This document shows, one piece after another, positions 62,977-64,000 of a stretch of DNA of 64,000 nt (within the stretch, counting starts at the first letter, position 1; each line of letters begins with the position of its first letter). The notes under the pieces are model-generated. The model made no database searches. It was not told the DNA's origin and saw nothing but the letters and a program-made list of their open reading frames with translations. The translations under genes and the position numbers were made by a program. This DNA is from Chiloscyllium plagiosum (taxonomy: Eukaryota): positions 10,025,248 to 10,089,247 of the forward strand of contig NC_057720.1 in the NCBI RefSeq assembly GCF_004010195.1. The letters run 5' to 3'.

Positions 62977-64000
62977 TTGTCATTTGTTCTTTGGTGGGTG
63001 GAGAGTGGGGGGTTAGGTAGTGGGTTATGGGCAGGGAAACTGAAAGGACACAGTTTGTTGAATCGATTGGCTGTCTTTTCATAAAACCGTTGCATAACTG
63101 CAAACAGCCCAAGCGTTGACTGTAGGCTCCAAAGTCAAATCAATTTAAAGGAGCAAATTACTACAAACTATCCAACATGGACTTCACTAGAGACCAGGCT
63201 CTGGGTCAATGAGTACATCAGGGTCTGATAGCTGGGGCCGAGGTCCCTGAGGGGTCTCGTGGTGCTTTGGTGGGAGATTGAGCCATGTGTTAAACCAGGG
63301 CTGAGATACCTGTCCCTGTCCCCCTTACAGACCATGAGCATTGTGCTGTCAGAATCTCTAGTCCTTTAAGGAGAAATTACCTTCCAAAACCCCAACTCTC
63401 CCTTCCACACGCTCCAGTCTGCAGTGAAACCTCCCTCAAAATATCCGTCCTGTCTTGGAGGAGACCCAAAACTTGAATCCTTTGCCTTTTCTTTCGTGAG
63501 AGGTGGAGTTCACTGGCAAAGCTAACATCTACTACTCAGTCCCTAACTGCCCCTTGAGAATGTGGTTTTGAGCCACCGCAGTCCATGCAGTGTAGATATG
63601 CATATGGTGCTGTTGGGAAGGGGGTTCCCGAGTGACAGTGAAGAAATGGTGGTATATTTCCAAGTCTGGATGGTGTGAGGCTTTGGCAGGAAACTTGCTG
63701 GTGGTGGTATTCCCATATTCTTGCCATCCCAGGCCTTCTGCGTGGCAGAGGTCAAGGGTCTGGAAGATGATTTGGAGCAGACTTTGTGAGTTGATATTGT
63801 TACAAAAATCATACAATTGAATAATTTCCCTGCTATGTTGATCCTATCTCTCCATCAACACTTTGACTCTGAAAGCTACGAGGCTCCCTCACTTTGTCAA
63901 TTGTTTTTGAAACAGTTTGCAATGTTCTGTTCCCTTGAGCCCTGATTAATCCTTGCCTACCGCTGACTATTTAAGAAACACTTTCATAGCATGTGGGCGA

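Noticed and set aside
62901..63095. Possible exon of a neighbouring gene (GTAAGT donor on minus near 62936-62941)
   Set aside because: No recognisable peptide, acceptor site or companion exons.

Overview
Repeat-rich vertebrate genomic DNA. The repeat families (HE1/V-SINE-like SINEs, CR1-clade LINEs, Penelope-like elements) suggest a cartilaginous fish, which is an inference. The only host gene I can support is a vitellogenin gene on the minus strand. It has a TATA promoter at about 42.4 kb and 17 coding exons traced by hand with GT-AG sites and consistent phases, from 42366 down to 2156. The gene runs off the left edge, so the phosvitin and lipovitellin II exons are not in the window. About 270 codons (probably exons 7-11) are missing between exon 6 and the next visible exon; a 500-N assembly gap lies in that interval. 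Upstream are three near-consensus estrogen response elements, two of them clustered with liver transcription factor motifs. The most unusual signals are (i) short fold-back insertions (mostly about 200 bp) with 13-15 bp target-site duplications and hammerhead-ribozyme cores, apparently derived from Penelope-like terminal repeats, (ii) the 3' end of an endogenous retrovirus (env tail, polypurine tract, LTR), (iii) a locally templated 196-bp insertion inside a SINE, and (iv) a 19-bp minisatellite grown from a LINE tail. All of this was read by eye; repeat boundaries are approximate and no database search was run.
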